NCBI GenBank assembly: GCA_002633005.1
Contig: NMRA01000156.1
Location: 359,872 to 423,871 of the forward strand
Origin: Phoronis australis
Taxonomy: Eukaryota > Animalia > Phoronida
Direction of reading: 5' to 3'
Length of the DNA stretch: 64,000 nucleotides
In this document: piece after piece, positions 12,854-24,500 of the stretch
Layout of the letters: the number at the start of each line of letters is the position of its first letter
How positions within the stretch are numbered: the first letter of the stretch is position 1
Program-made: the position numbers and the translations under genes
The notes under the pieces: generated by a model
Database searches by the model: none
The model's input: only the letters and a program-made list of their open reading frames with translations
What the model was told of the DNA's origin: nothing

Positions 12854-14123
12854 TTTTCGTTTTCGTTTTATGCAACGTTGAGTTCTTTCATAAACATCGT
12901 TAAAATCTTATTTCGATAGCCTCTCATGCAAAAGAAGAACGTTTTAAATGTGATTTCAAGCAGTTTTTCAGAGATAAGTTTGAAAAACATAGAGTGTGAA
13001 CGACTCATATGAATTCGGACATCCATTTTTGAGATATGACGATCCAAAGTTTAGCTTAACTTGATGTCTTTTTAGTGTCCTACATAGCAGTCAACACACT
13101 TTTTATATTAAGAGAGCAGAAAAACTTTTGTCGAGGATGTTTGAACACGGTACCTGTTTCGGTTAACAACAAAATTTCCGTCTGATATCGTAGATTCAAG
13201 GTTTCGAGGGAACAAAAACGATACGAAGTTTGCGAGCTCTGATAACGTGACCCGATTTATCTGAATCCTTAAAAACTATTGAAATTTGGGGTTAGGTTCA
13301 GTTTAGGTATGTGGAGGTCGATAGAGGTCTTGAGCAGAGTACTGCTATATATAACATACCCCTGTGCTAGCAAACACGAATTTTCTTCTGTGAAAACCAC
13401 AATGAAACTCCCCAAAGTCTGTGATTGCTGGACGAATTTAATTTTTAAGGTCGGAGCACCAAAACTGTAACCCAAATACCAAACGTAAGATTACTGACTG
13501 GGTGTGCTCACGGCATCAAGATCCAATAGGTCTATGTCAATATTCATGCTACAGGGGAATAAGTACGGAGCTTAAATTTGACATTACTATGCGCTAAACC
13601 GTTGAAGGTTGAAATAAGATTAATGAATTCCTTTACTGAGAATTATGGAGATAATATCTGATTTTCACACGAGTGACAGTGCATGCGGTAAGTGGGACTT
13701 TGATGAGTACTAGCAGCAGCGGCACATCTGAAGGGCGAGGGGCAATTGCCCGGGCACAGCCCAAGGAGGGTAAAAAAATTCGTACGCTGGGGGGGAGGCA
13801 CAAAATCGGTGTTCACTTTAAAAATGCAGAAGTCGACCTAAGAGAAAGGAAGTGAGGAGCAAAAGGGACACCGACTGGGTTTGCCTTAGGGGGTGGGGGT
13901 GGCGAAACGCAAGGCTTGTCGCCTCTGTACGAAATTATTTACCCGCCAATGCCGGGTATTTGATTAAGGAGTTCGCCCAGGGCATCACTTACTTTGTAGA
14001 CACTACTGTTGCTGTACCACGCGCTTGTATGGCTCACGTGACTGAGCCAGACTCATGGGGATGGCCGCTCAGCGGTAACTGGAGTGAAGGTTAATTCTGG
14101 AGATGGCTGAATAATTTTGTAAT

Positions 14124-14282
14124 CAGTGGCGGATTTAGAGGGGGGCCAACGGGGCCATGCTCCCCCCTAAAATTCTCCCAGATTACATTCGGCAGTTCGG
14201 GGGTGCGAATGTCTGACGGGCAAAATACTGGTTAATACTCTGCCCTGGCCCCCACTAACTCAAAATCTTGGATCCGCCCCTG
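14124..14282. mobile_element. GC-rich MITE with 5-bp TSD
   Basis: CAGTGGCGGAT...ATCCGCCCCTG, flanked by GTAAT on both sides; the same left end recurs at 34030. Confidence 0.78.
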
Positions 14283-14777
14283 GTAATGGTTGTCAAATTC
14301 GAATCTGTGATTAATTACAGAAGGCACTTTATTTCATAACTCAATTGTCAAAGTGCTTAAATGACAAAATCTCACTTAATTAACAAAAACGTGGAAGTTT
14401 TCAAGTTACGTTTGTCGACCATCTTTTACGTACTTAACTTTTGTTTTCACCGTTAGGCCTACAGCACTGCCGTAAAAACCGATCACGTGGTGTAAAAGTA
14501 AAAGCCGAGTATACGTAATAGTTCTCCATAGAAACTAAAGCTTTCTAATTTCACTAGCTACGGTGCGTCACTGTAGAACCACCGTACAGGCTAACGTGGC
14601 GAACTGCAGCCATTCACAAGTGACCGAGACGGATATCAACGAAATTCGGGTGTGTGAGCCGGCCTGGTTTTCTGTTTTCCACCTAAACCTTACGGTTTTG
14701 CTACAGTTTTAAAACCGCTCACCGTGACAGACTGACTTGGAGTGAAATAGAAGACCACGGCCACTCTCAAGACTTCG

Positions 14778-14946
14778 GAGTGAACCATGGTAGAGTTCAG
14801 TAACGCTAGGACCTACGCCAAGACCTCCCTAAAAAGCAAGACTTCGCGAGATTACGTGAGATATTGTCGTGTATTTCAAATGAACGCGTGGTTTTGGCAA
14901 GATTTTTCTAGCCGCGAGACAGCTACTGAACTCAACCCAGACACTC
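14778..14946. mobile_element. Short TIR repeat family, copy 2
   Basis: Similar to 2089-2232; lies just upstream of gene B. Confidence 0.5.
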
Positions 14947-15378
14947 AACGTTTCGTTGATACTATTCGCTTTCAGTTTCGGATGCCCACTGATCGTCACG
15001 ATAGCTTGTACGACAGTCCTACGGCGAGTCTACGGTAAAGCGTGCGATGTCACACCTTTAGTGTGGCGTCGCTGTTGTGTGAACCTTGCACAACCCCAGG
15101 TGAAGCTAGATGATCCACGACAGAAACCACGTGGTTTCGTTTACTCCACTGAATTCCTTTCGTTACAATTGCTGCACATTTAATACTACGCAGGATTGCT
15201 ACCAAACTTGGCCCACCCGAATGCTTTCATTTTGTGGGGAGTGGACTGCAGTGTCGCGAAGCGTGCTTTTAAACCTCACATACTGATTGAAAGCAATATT
15301 TGGCTTTCACTTCTTAGAAGTATCTGCGGAATATACATACTTCCTTGTAAATTTAAATTTTCTTGTAGATCGGCAAAG

Positions 15379-15549
15379 ATGTCCCTGACATACTCGAGGG
15401 AGCAGGTTGAAGAATTGGAAGGCTTTTTTGACGCCGCGTCATTGCTGGAAGCCAATGGCATACCCTATGAAAACCTAGAAACATTTGAAGATTTAAAAAG
15501 TCTTCTACTCAGTCGTCTTAGTGAAGCAAGCGGGCCCCATCAAAACAAG
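15379..15549 (+). CDS. Gene B coding exon 1
   Basis: TTGTAG acceptor ending 15368, AAGATG start, MSLTYSRE...HQNK|GTGAGA. Confidence 0.78.
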
Positions 15550-18500
15550 GTGAGAATATTTTCCTATGGTAGAGGGATGGTGTTGGAGTGATGCTTTAGA
15601 GGTCGATATAATTTTGGTCTTGACTACAAATTAGCCGGATTAGTTTCCCCTTTCTCCTTAAGAGTAAGACAAAATTAACTGTGGCATTCTTCAAGCACAG
15701 AATTTTTTATTTTAACAGAAAAACGCGTTTCTCCTGAAGTCAGTGTTCATGTGTCAGAGAAGATCACTACTGGTCACCGACTTTTGCTCTCAGAGGAGTC
15801 TGAAATGTCTGGACAGTCTTGCCGCAAAAAAGCTTTGATATACAGATATTTACACGATAAATGGATTGATAATGGGCATTAATAGAGAACTTTATTCGCT
15901 ACAATTATGTCACGTTTCCTCTGGATGACTGGGCGGCTGTAGACACTGGCGGGTGCTAACAGCTTTCGATGCAATGATACACTGTACAGTTAACCAAGTC
16001 CTTCCCTTCGACCGAATGTAAACGCAAACCAAACCTCTGACCTAATGTCTTCGCCATGCAATCGTTGCAAGCGGAGAAATTCAGGGGTGTGTTTTATGAA
16101 AAATTACTAGACTTCAAACAGAAATTTGCTTTTATGCTCCCATTTCACAGTTACCGAATAGAATAAAGGTTTAGTTTTGTAACTGTCAGCAAGTCACAGT
16201 CCAGAAATGATTTATAGAAAGTATCTCAGTAACTAACAGTTGTGCGTATATTTTCAGATATCTTGAGACACTTTTCATGCAACACACACGTGGTGCCATT
16301 CAGACATTAGGCTGAATGGGCGACTACTTCTCATCCGGTTTTCATAATGTTGGGGCTGTGGGGAGTCTGAATGTTCTGTCTCTTAGTCAAGAGGTGTCTT
16401 CGGTGGGTTTTGCTAGTATTTTTAGTGCGTGGAGCTTACTTTACGTGTAACTAGAGATTTGAACAATCATCTTGGAATCAGTTTTATTGGACTTGGTACA
16501 AGTTTTTTTTCAATTCTTCGATTCAGCAAACAATTCAGTGCCACTTTAAGTACATTGCGTTTAACTACATGTTGTCATTTTAGGCTTCTGACGTAATCAA
16601 AGAAATTATAGAGAAAGACGCTAAACAACGAAATGATTTATCCCAGATCTACATGGCGTTGCTGCATTTCACAGTCCACACACTGGACACTGAAATCAAA
16701 GAACAAGTTAAGAAAGTGTCGCCGGGATTTGATCAGTTGCTTGTGAAGTTCAATTCTGAACTGGTGAACAACGAGTGTCCCATTCTGGTTGCAGGTAAAT
16801 CGAAGTTGTTCCAGTAGATATTAACTGTAGCGGGCATCGGGGAATTAGCTGAACGGAAAATGCACGCAGGTCATCCTGCTGCTAAATGGAGCACTTGCGG
16901 GTTCCTAAATTTAGCATAATATCCAAGGCTTTGCACGTGGAGAAGAAACTAACTTAATTGAGGTCTTACAAACCTCAGACGAATTTCCGCAATGCAATGC
17001 CACGTTCAAACCATGACGCTAAAGGAAGTGCGACCAAAATCCACTTTGCCCTTGAACTCGCCGCAAAAAGTTCCTGTTTGCCAAAATGGTCGACTGAGAG
17101 TCGGAAGAACTGCTCACTGCACCGGTCTAGTCTGTTTAATTTTACGCCTACCTTGAGCGGTAAACATGTAAATTCAGTTTTTTACAATATGTTTTCAAGG
17201 CGATATATATTTATTGAAGGATACACTGAACATACACGGAAAATAATGTCAAAGCCAGTAATCAAGAAGCATTACATCTGGGTTGTATACAGTACATAGA
17301 TGAAAGTAGTATACTTAGAACTATATACATGTAAATGTACATGTAAGTAGTATCTAACATAAGTATTCAAATATTTAAATATGCTATTACAAACATATTA
17401 AAAACAAAAACATGAAAAGATATGGAAATCAGAAGCTACACGATGGATAAGAGATGCATACAAATTTACTAACATTGCTTAAGAAAAAAGTCGAAGTTTA
17501 GACTACCATTTAAAAATAATGTAACTTTAGTAGGGATATTATTACAGGAATTGAAAGCATTTACAATTATTGGTTTTCATTGAGTGCAGGAAAGAGTGAG
17601 TCTCAGGTATTCGATGAGGGCACATTTGAAGAAAACATGATAAGATTGATGGCCATCACATTTACTGTTTGAAGATACATTACTAAGGTTGTGCCTACAT
17701 TATGTTAAAGTATCAATATGGCTTTAGTTCCATAATTTGCAAAATGTAATGGCCGGTTAGGCTTGTTGCCTGACTTTCGACGCATTACCAGCAATATTGA
17801 AACCGTGAACTGCGCATGCGCTAAAATCACTCAGTCAGCCCCCTCCAGGATACATGGGATTCGCAGAAAACACAGCGTGAGGGTCTTATTTATGAACCAA
17901 TCACATTTGTCAATAGCACATAACATAGATAAGTATTTTATCAAAAACGTGGCCAAGTTTCAGCAAAATTGGAAAAAAAAATTATGTTTAACATGGTATG
18001 GCCAAAGTTTCGGCTTATTTTGTCGCTTCGATCAGTGGAATCGCCGCTGAAAACCCGAAAGTGCGTGTGAGAAAACGATAATTTTCGACCAAGCCTTTCA
18101 TGTGCGGTTAGTTGCCGATAGACCCAACAGATGTCAGAATAATCAAGATTGAAATGTAGGAGTTTGAAGGAAATTAGACAAAATTTTGTATTTAGTAACA
18201 TGGGTTGGCCGAAAATTGCCAATTTTGGTCTTTTGATATCAGTTTATTTTATCATAGACTATCATCAGTGGGTCTAGTTAATTCGAAGTTTTTGGTTAAA
18301 TCACTGATAATATTCACACCAGTATACTAATAAACGTTTGCTTTATATAAAACAGTTTGATTCCAATGCTCATAGTAGTGCGCACAGCAGGGATTGGCCC
18401 TTGACCGGCCTATGGGAGTTAAAATTAGGCACTGTAACCAAAGTAGCTATGTCAGGAAAACTCACCTGAGCTGTTTACGATCCACTTCAGAGAAAAAAAC

Positions 18501-21500
18501 GTCTTTGTGCCTAATAATAATTTGTGTCTGAGTACTTCGGGCATGATTTAAAATTGAAAGGAGTCATTACAAGCTGAATTTATGAGAATTGTATCGTTGC
18601 ATTGCGAAAAACTAGTCGATTGAGGTAGTGCGAGATAAGGCAACGAGTAAAAAGGACAGCTTTGACTTGCTTACGAGTGGTGACTGTTGGTATTGGCCAG
18701 ACATTTGTAACGATATGTTTTGTCTTTCCTTTTTAACGGAATATACTTGAACTTTGGTAATTTTGGGCTACAAAATGTATAACAACCTTCCTGGTGCTTC
18801 ACTCAAGTAGACACGCGGAGTGTGAAGCGCTAACTGGTCCATACGCGATGACCTAGTTTATGCAGAAAACCTGGCGGATGACCTAGTTTACGTATTGCTG
18901 GTAATGGTCTCTGCTGTAACCCTCAGTTATTTCGAACAGTTACATGTACGAACAACATTCGCACATATTGGTGTTCTAGTCAGTATACACATGTCATATA
19001 CATATTGGTGTTCTATTCAGTATGCATATGCCATATCCATATTGGTGCTCTATTCAGTATACATATGTCATATACATATTGGTGCTCTATATGTCATATA
19101 CATATTGGTGTTCTATTCAGTATACATATGTCATATACATATTGGTGTTCTATTCAGTATACATATGTCATATACATATTGGTGTTCTATTCAGTATACA
19201 TATGTCATATACATATTGGTGTTCTATTCAGTATACATATGTCATATACATATTGGTGTTCTATTCAGTATACATATGTCATATACATATTGGTGTTCTA
19301 TTCAGTATACATATGTCNNNNNNNNNNNNNNNNNNNNNNNNNNNNNNNNNNNNNNNNNNNNNNNNNNNNNNNNNNNNNNNNNNNNNNNNNNNNNNNNNNN
19401 NNNNNNNNNNNNNNNNNNNNNNNNNNNNNNNNNNNNNNNNNNNNNNNNNNNNNNNNNNNNNNNNNNNNNNNNNNNNNNNNNNNNNNNNNNNNNNNNNNNN
19501 NNNNNNNNNNNNNNNNNNNNNNNNNNNNNNNNNNNNNNNNNNNNNNNNNNNNNNNNNNNNNNNNNNNNNNNNNNNNNNNNNNNNNNNNNNNNNNNNNNNN
19601 NNNNNNNNNNNNNNNNNNNNNNNNNNNNNNNNNNNNNNNNNNNNNNNNNNNNNNNNNNNNNNNNNNNNNNNNNNNNNNNNNNNNNNNNNNNNNNNNNNNN
19701 NNNNNNNNNNNNNNNNNNNNNNNNNNNNNNNNNNNNNNNNNNNNNNNNNNNNNNNNNNNNNNNNNNNNNNNNNNNNNNNNNNNNNNNNNNNNNNNNNNNN
19801 NNNNNNNNNNNNNNNNNNNNNNNNNNNNNNNNNNNNNNNNNNNNNNNNAGTTTTTTTATTAGTCTTCGATTCACGGTTTTCACATGCACAAAGAAGTTTG
19901 AGGCCGGAGAAGATCTGTACTGGAAAGAAACAATGCAATCCCGCTCTTTGACAAGTACGCTGTGTCTGTTTTCAAAGTCCAGACCCGCGTAGTGGGGCAC
20001 ATCCCTCGCAAGAGCAGCAAAACTTCTGCGTTCTTTTTGAATCGCGGCGTAAGTTTGAAGTGTATATGGACATAACGGTGAGGCTCGTGGTCCGTTACAA
20101 ATTCAGGCTGTCGGATCTTTCAATTGATAAATTGGAGACGTTAGAACTGTAGGTAAGGGCATTTTTCGCATGTAGTTCATGGGCCGGGCGCTTACTTTAG
20201 CAAAGTCTGAAAACGCGTTGGGGCACTTGTTGAGCCATGGGCGCTAATTAGGGCGAATAGCGGCAGAATTACATACAGCAGCGTAGTTTAATGCACACAA
20301 ATTACACGTCGTGCAAACCAGTCGGCCATCCCGTTTACCATCAACAATCCCAGTAGCCTTTGCGCACCCTAATTTCCGGACATGCGCAATCGTTAAATCG
20401 ATTCGGTTGCAACTCCGCTATTAGGCCCTGAAACCAAAGTAGCTATGTCAGGAAAACTCACCTGAGCTGTTTACGATCCACTTCAGTGAAAAAACGTCTT
20501 TCTACCTAATAACAATTTGTGTCTGAGTACTTCGGGCATGGTTTAAAAGTGAAAGGAGTCATTATAAGTTGAATTTATGAGAATTGTATTGTTGCATTGC
20601 GAAAAACTAGTCGATTGAGGTAGTGCGAGATAAGGCAACGAGTAAAAAGGACAGCTTTGACTTGCTTACGAGTGGTGACTGTTGGTATTGGCCAGACATT
20701 TGTAACGATATGTTTTGTCTTTCCTTTTTAACGGAATATATTTGAACTTTGGTAATTTTGGGCTACAAAATGTATAACAACCTTCCTGGTGCTTCTCTCA
20801 AGTAGACACGCGGAGTGTAAAACGCTAACTGGTCCATAAGCGATGACTTAGTTTATGCAGAAAACCTGGCGGATGACCTAGTTTACGTATTGCTGGTAAT
20901 GGTCTCTGCTGTAACCCTCAGTTATTTCGAACAGTTACATGTACGAACAACATTCGCACATATTGGTGTTCTAGTCAGTATACACATGTCATATACTTAG
21001 TGGTGTTCTATTCAGTATGCATATGCCATCATATTGGTGTTCTATTCAGTATGCATATGTCATATTAGGTGTTTTATTCAGTATACATATGTCATATACA
21101 TATTGGTGCTCTATATGTCATATACATATTGGTGTTCTATTCAGTATACATATGTCATATACATATTGGTATTCTATTCAGTATACATATGTCATATACA
21201 TATTGGTGTTCTATTCAGTATACATATGTCATATACATATTGATGCTCTATTCAGTATGCATATGTCATATACATATTGGTGTTCTATTCAGATGTCATA
21301 TACATATTGGTGTTCTATTCAGTATACATATTTCATATACATATTGGTGTTCTATTCAGTATACATATGTCATATGCATTGTGGTGTTCTATTCAGTATA
21401 CATATGTCATATACATATTGGTGTTCTTTTCAGTGTACATATGTCATATACCTATTGGTGTTCTATTAAGTATACATATTTCATATACATATTGGTGATC

Positions 21501-24500
21501 TATTCAGAATACTTATGTCACATACATATTTCTAGAGGGAATGCCCAAACAACTGATGTCGGCCGTTTTTGATTGTGCAATGGCGCAATATGTCGCAAAA
21601 GAGCAATCTCACGAATCATTTGATGTGCCTGCGTTTGAAGGTTTCATTCGTGTTTTCTCATGAATTGAAATGGCTACACAATGGGAAGTCAATGTCAATT
21701 TGCCTTTTTCTATTCAAGGCGAAACTTCTGCTGGAAAGAGCAGCTTGCTCAATCTAATTCTCGGTGAAGACGTTTTACCCTACTCTCTTTTGAGCGCCAC
21801 TTCCGTCATCTGCCACCTTAAGAACGGACCAGATAAAAAAGCAGTGATTCACATGTCCAATCCGGACCCAATGCTGGACACGTTTCAGCAAATGGAGATT
21901 AACCTCTCGACACCGGCAGGGAGCAGTCCAGTGGAGGCGCAGAAAAAGCTCAACGAATATGTGAACGCCACAGACAGAACCACAAGCAGATACAAATACG
22001 TGGAAATCTATTGGCCTATACCTCTACTCCAAGTAGGTTAAGATGACTTCATGAAAACAGAAATAGCCTCCTCTTTCAGAACGTTTTTTCAAGCGTAGTT
22101 TTGTTTTGCGTTGTGTTGCTAAACAGTAACGTAGCCTACAAAAACAAGGAATCAATGTTTATTCTATTTATTACCGATGCATGTCCATAAGGATTTCAGA
22201 ATGTGAAGTCATTAAAGCACTGCAATTAGCCTTTTGTTTCAGGGTAACGTCTTCATAGTTGACAGTCCGGGAATTGGCGAAAACGAGGAAATGACGCAGA
22301 TTGTCATGGACTTCCTGCCTAAAGCTTTCGCCTTCATTTACGTCATCAACAGCGGCAACGCTGGCGGTGTACAGGAGGACAGGGTAAAATCTCAAATCTA
22401 TAATTAAATATGAAAAAGAGTCAATATTCGTGTAATGGTGATGTCTTTGGAGATTGTCAGTTGTTCCTACAATGAAAATGACGCAGACTTAGATAATTCA
22501 AAGTATGTTTTCCATTGAAACAGTATTTTATTGGGTAGCTCAATCTAGAACCGTACATCAAACTGACTGGATAAAATTTAGGACGGAAGAACGACTGTGA
22601 AATGTCTATGAACTCTGTATGCATTGGCCATTCTACAGATAACCAAAACGTTGCATTCGCAATGGATTGTAGAAAATCGTTCGCTCACTCACAAGGAAAA
22701 CAACAATTAGTTGTTCTGTACAACAGACGAAGAGAAGAATTGATATCCTGCAAATTTATACTGAGAGATGCACATGCATTAATTTCCCTCTATTCGCAAC
22801 AATTCAGTTCTCATACATTTTTTACTTGTTTTAGTTGGAGAGACTCTTGGACGCGGTCAAGGATGACAGCAAACAAGCCGAAACATTGCACAGGTTTGAC
22901 TCGCGGTCGGCCGTATTTGTTTTCAATAAGTGGGACCAGGTTCCCAAAGAAGAGGAAGATGTCGTCAAAACAAAAACTCTCACACGGCTTACACGATTAT
23001 GGCCCGGACTTGATCCACAGAAACAAGTTTTCTACATGTCGACCACGGAGGTGAGAGAAGTTTTTTTGAATACATAATAGATCAGACGTGCATATTTTTA
23101 CTTTTGAGGTTACCTAATAAATTACGCTCTGCGAGGCTATACGCATTACGTAGCATTTTGCTAGTTACGTGGTTTCACGTAAATTCAAGCTAATGCAAAG
23201 TAACATCTCGCTAGTGTTCCATTATAAACTGTTTGACTTTACTAGTATACACCCCCAAGGTAGTCATTACTGAAAATTAGTCAACGTCTCAGAAGAAATG
23301 CTGAATTATTAGAAAAATAGGTAAAGAACTCACTATTTCCGTGGTAAGCCTATATTTTCCCCTCAAGTTTCTGGCCAAAACGATGTAAACATGGGCAGCG
23401 CACCATAGGGGGCTGGGAGGGGGGCTATAACTCCCACTTTTTTCAGTGCTGCGCCGCTCACGGTCTATGGGCGGTACACCACAGGGAGGCTAGGGGATGT
23501 AACCCCCACTTTTTCAGTGGTGCGTCGCCCATGTAGTATGACAGGGTAAGTTATTTACTATAAAAACATATTCGAGTAGATTTTTCAAAATGTCACACGG
23601 TGTCACCACATCCGAGACCTCGAAAGGTGGCGCAGATTTTTCAAATATAAGCACTCGGCGGTGGGACCATCTCAATTATTGTAGACTGAATGTGGTTTCG
23701 TTTACACTTTGTTTTTAGTCAGAGACTGAAGCTGAATTCACACAAGTTCAAAATAACTCTGTGCGAGGTTATATATGCTCGGTAATTTTCAAAGTAAGGG
23801 TTGGCAATAAAAAACTCAAAGTAAAGAGTACTTAGGAAGGCATAGGTCAGAGCCCTTTGTTTAATAGTGAGAAATCCCATTGTAGTTATACCACAACTGG
23901 AAAAGATAGTAGGTATTTTATTCGTACCACTAATCTTAGATTTGTTTTCTTGACCGCAGGCTATTCGACGCATGCGCAGTGGAGCTGGAGAGACGGAGAG
24001 TTTTTCTGCACTTATGAACGGGATTCAAAACTTAGTTCCAACCAGCTTGCAAATGAAAATAGTGCGACATTATGAGTAAGTTATGAAATTTTTTTGTAAT
24101 AGGTGATTTTCGAAATAGCCGCGCCATATAGAAATGTATTAACTCGCCAGACGGCGATCAGGTCTTTGATGGACAGGCGTTCAGCGCTACCTATAGATCC
24201 CATGTAATGCGGACGAGAGGTTTCAACCTACTGGTATAAACAAGTTTTTAACATCTACCTCTCCTGATCCTATAATTGGTGGCAAATTTCCACTCCTGTG
24301 CGATAGTATGTACCTATGTCTTACGAAAAAAGGCAAATCTTTTGAAATATCAATTGATGAGTAAGGACGTCCTGTTCCATACATTTCCCACTGCGAAGAC
24401 ATATCTCCGCGACAAAGCAAGTGAGTGCCGCTGATAAAGCGGCAGTATTTCTGTCCCAGCCGGTGCCAAAAAGCTGAAATAAATTTGTGAGCTTAAGCCA

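Noticed and set aside
11997-12881. Long ORFs spanning N gaps (also 19005-20000 and 52002-52565)
   Set aside because: Artefacts of translating N runs.
18895-21572. 37-bp repeats as a CRISPR array, and the Tyr/Ile/His-rich ORFs over them
   Set aside because: Units are directly tandem with no unique spacers, no cas genes, eukaryotic context; the ORFs arise because the unit lacks stops on the plus strand.
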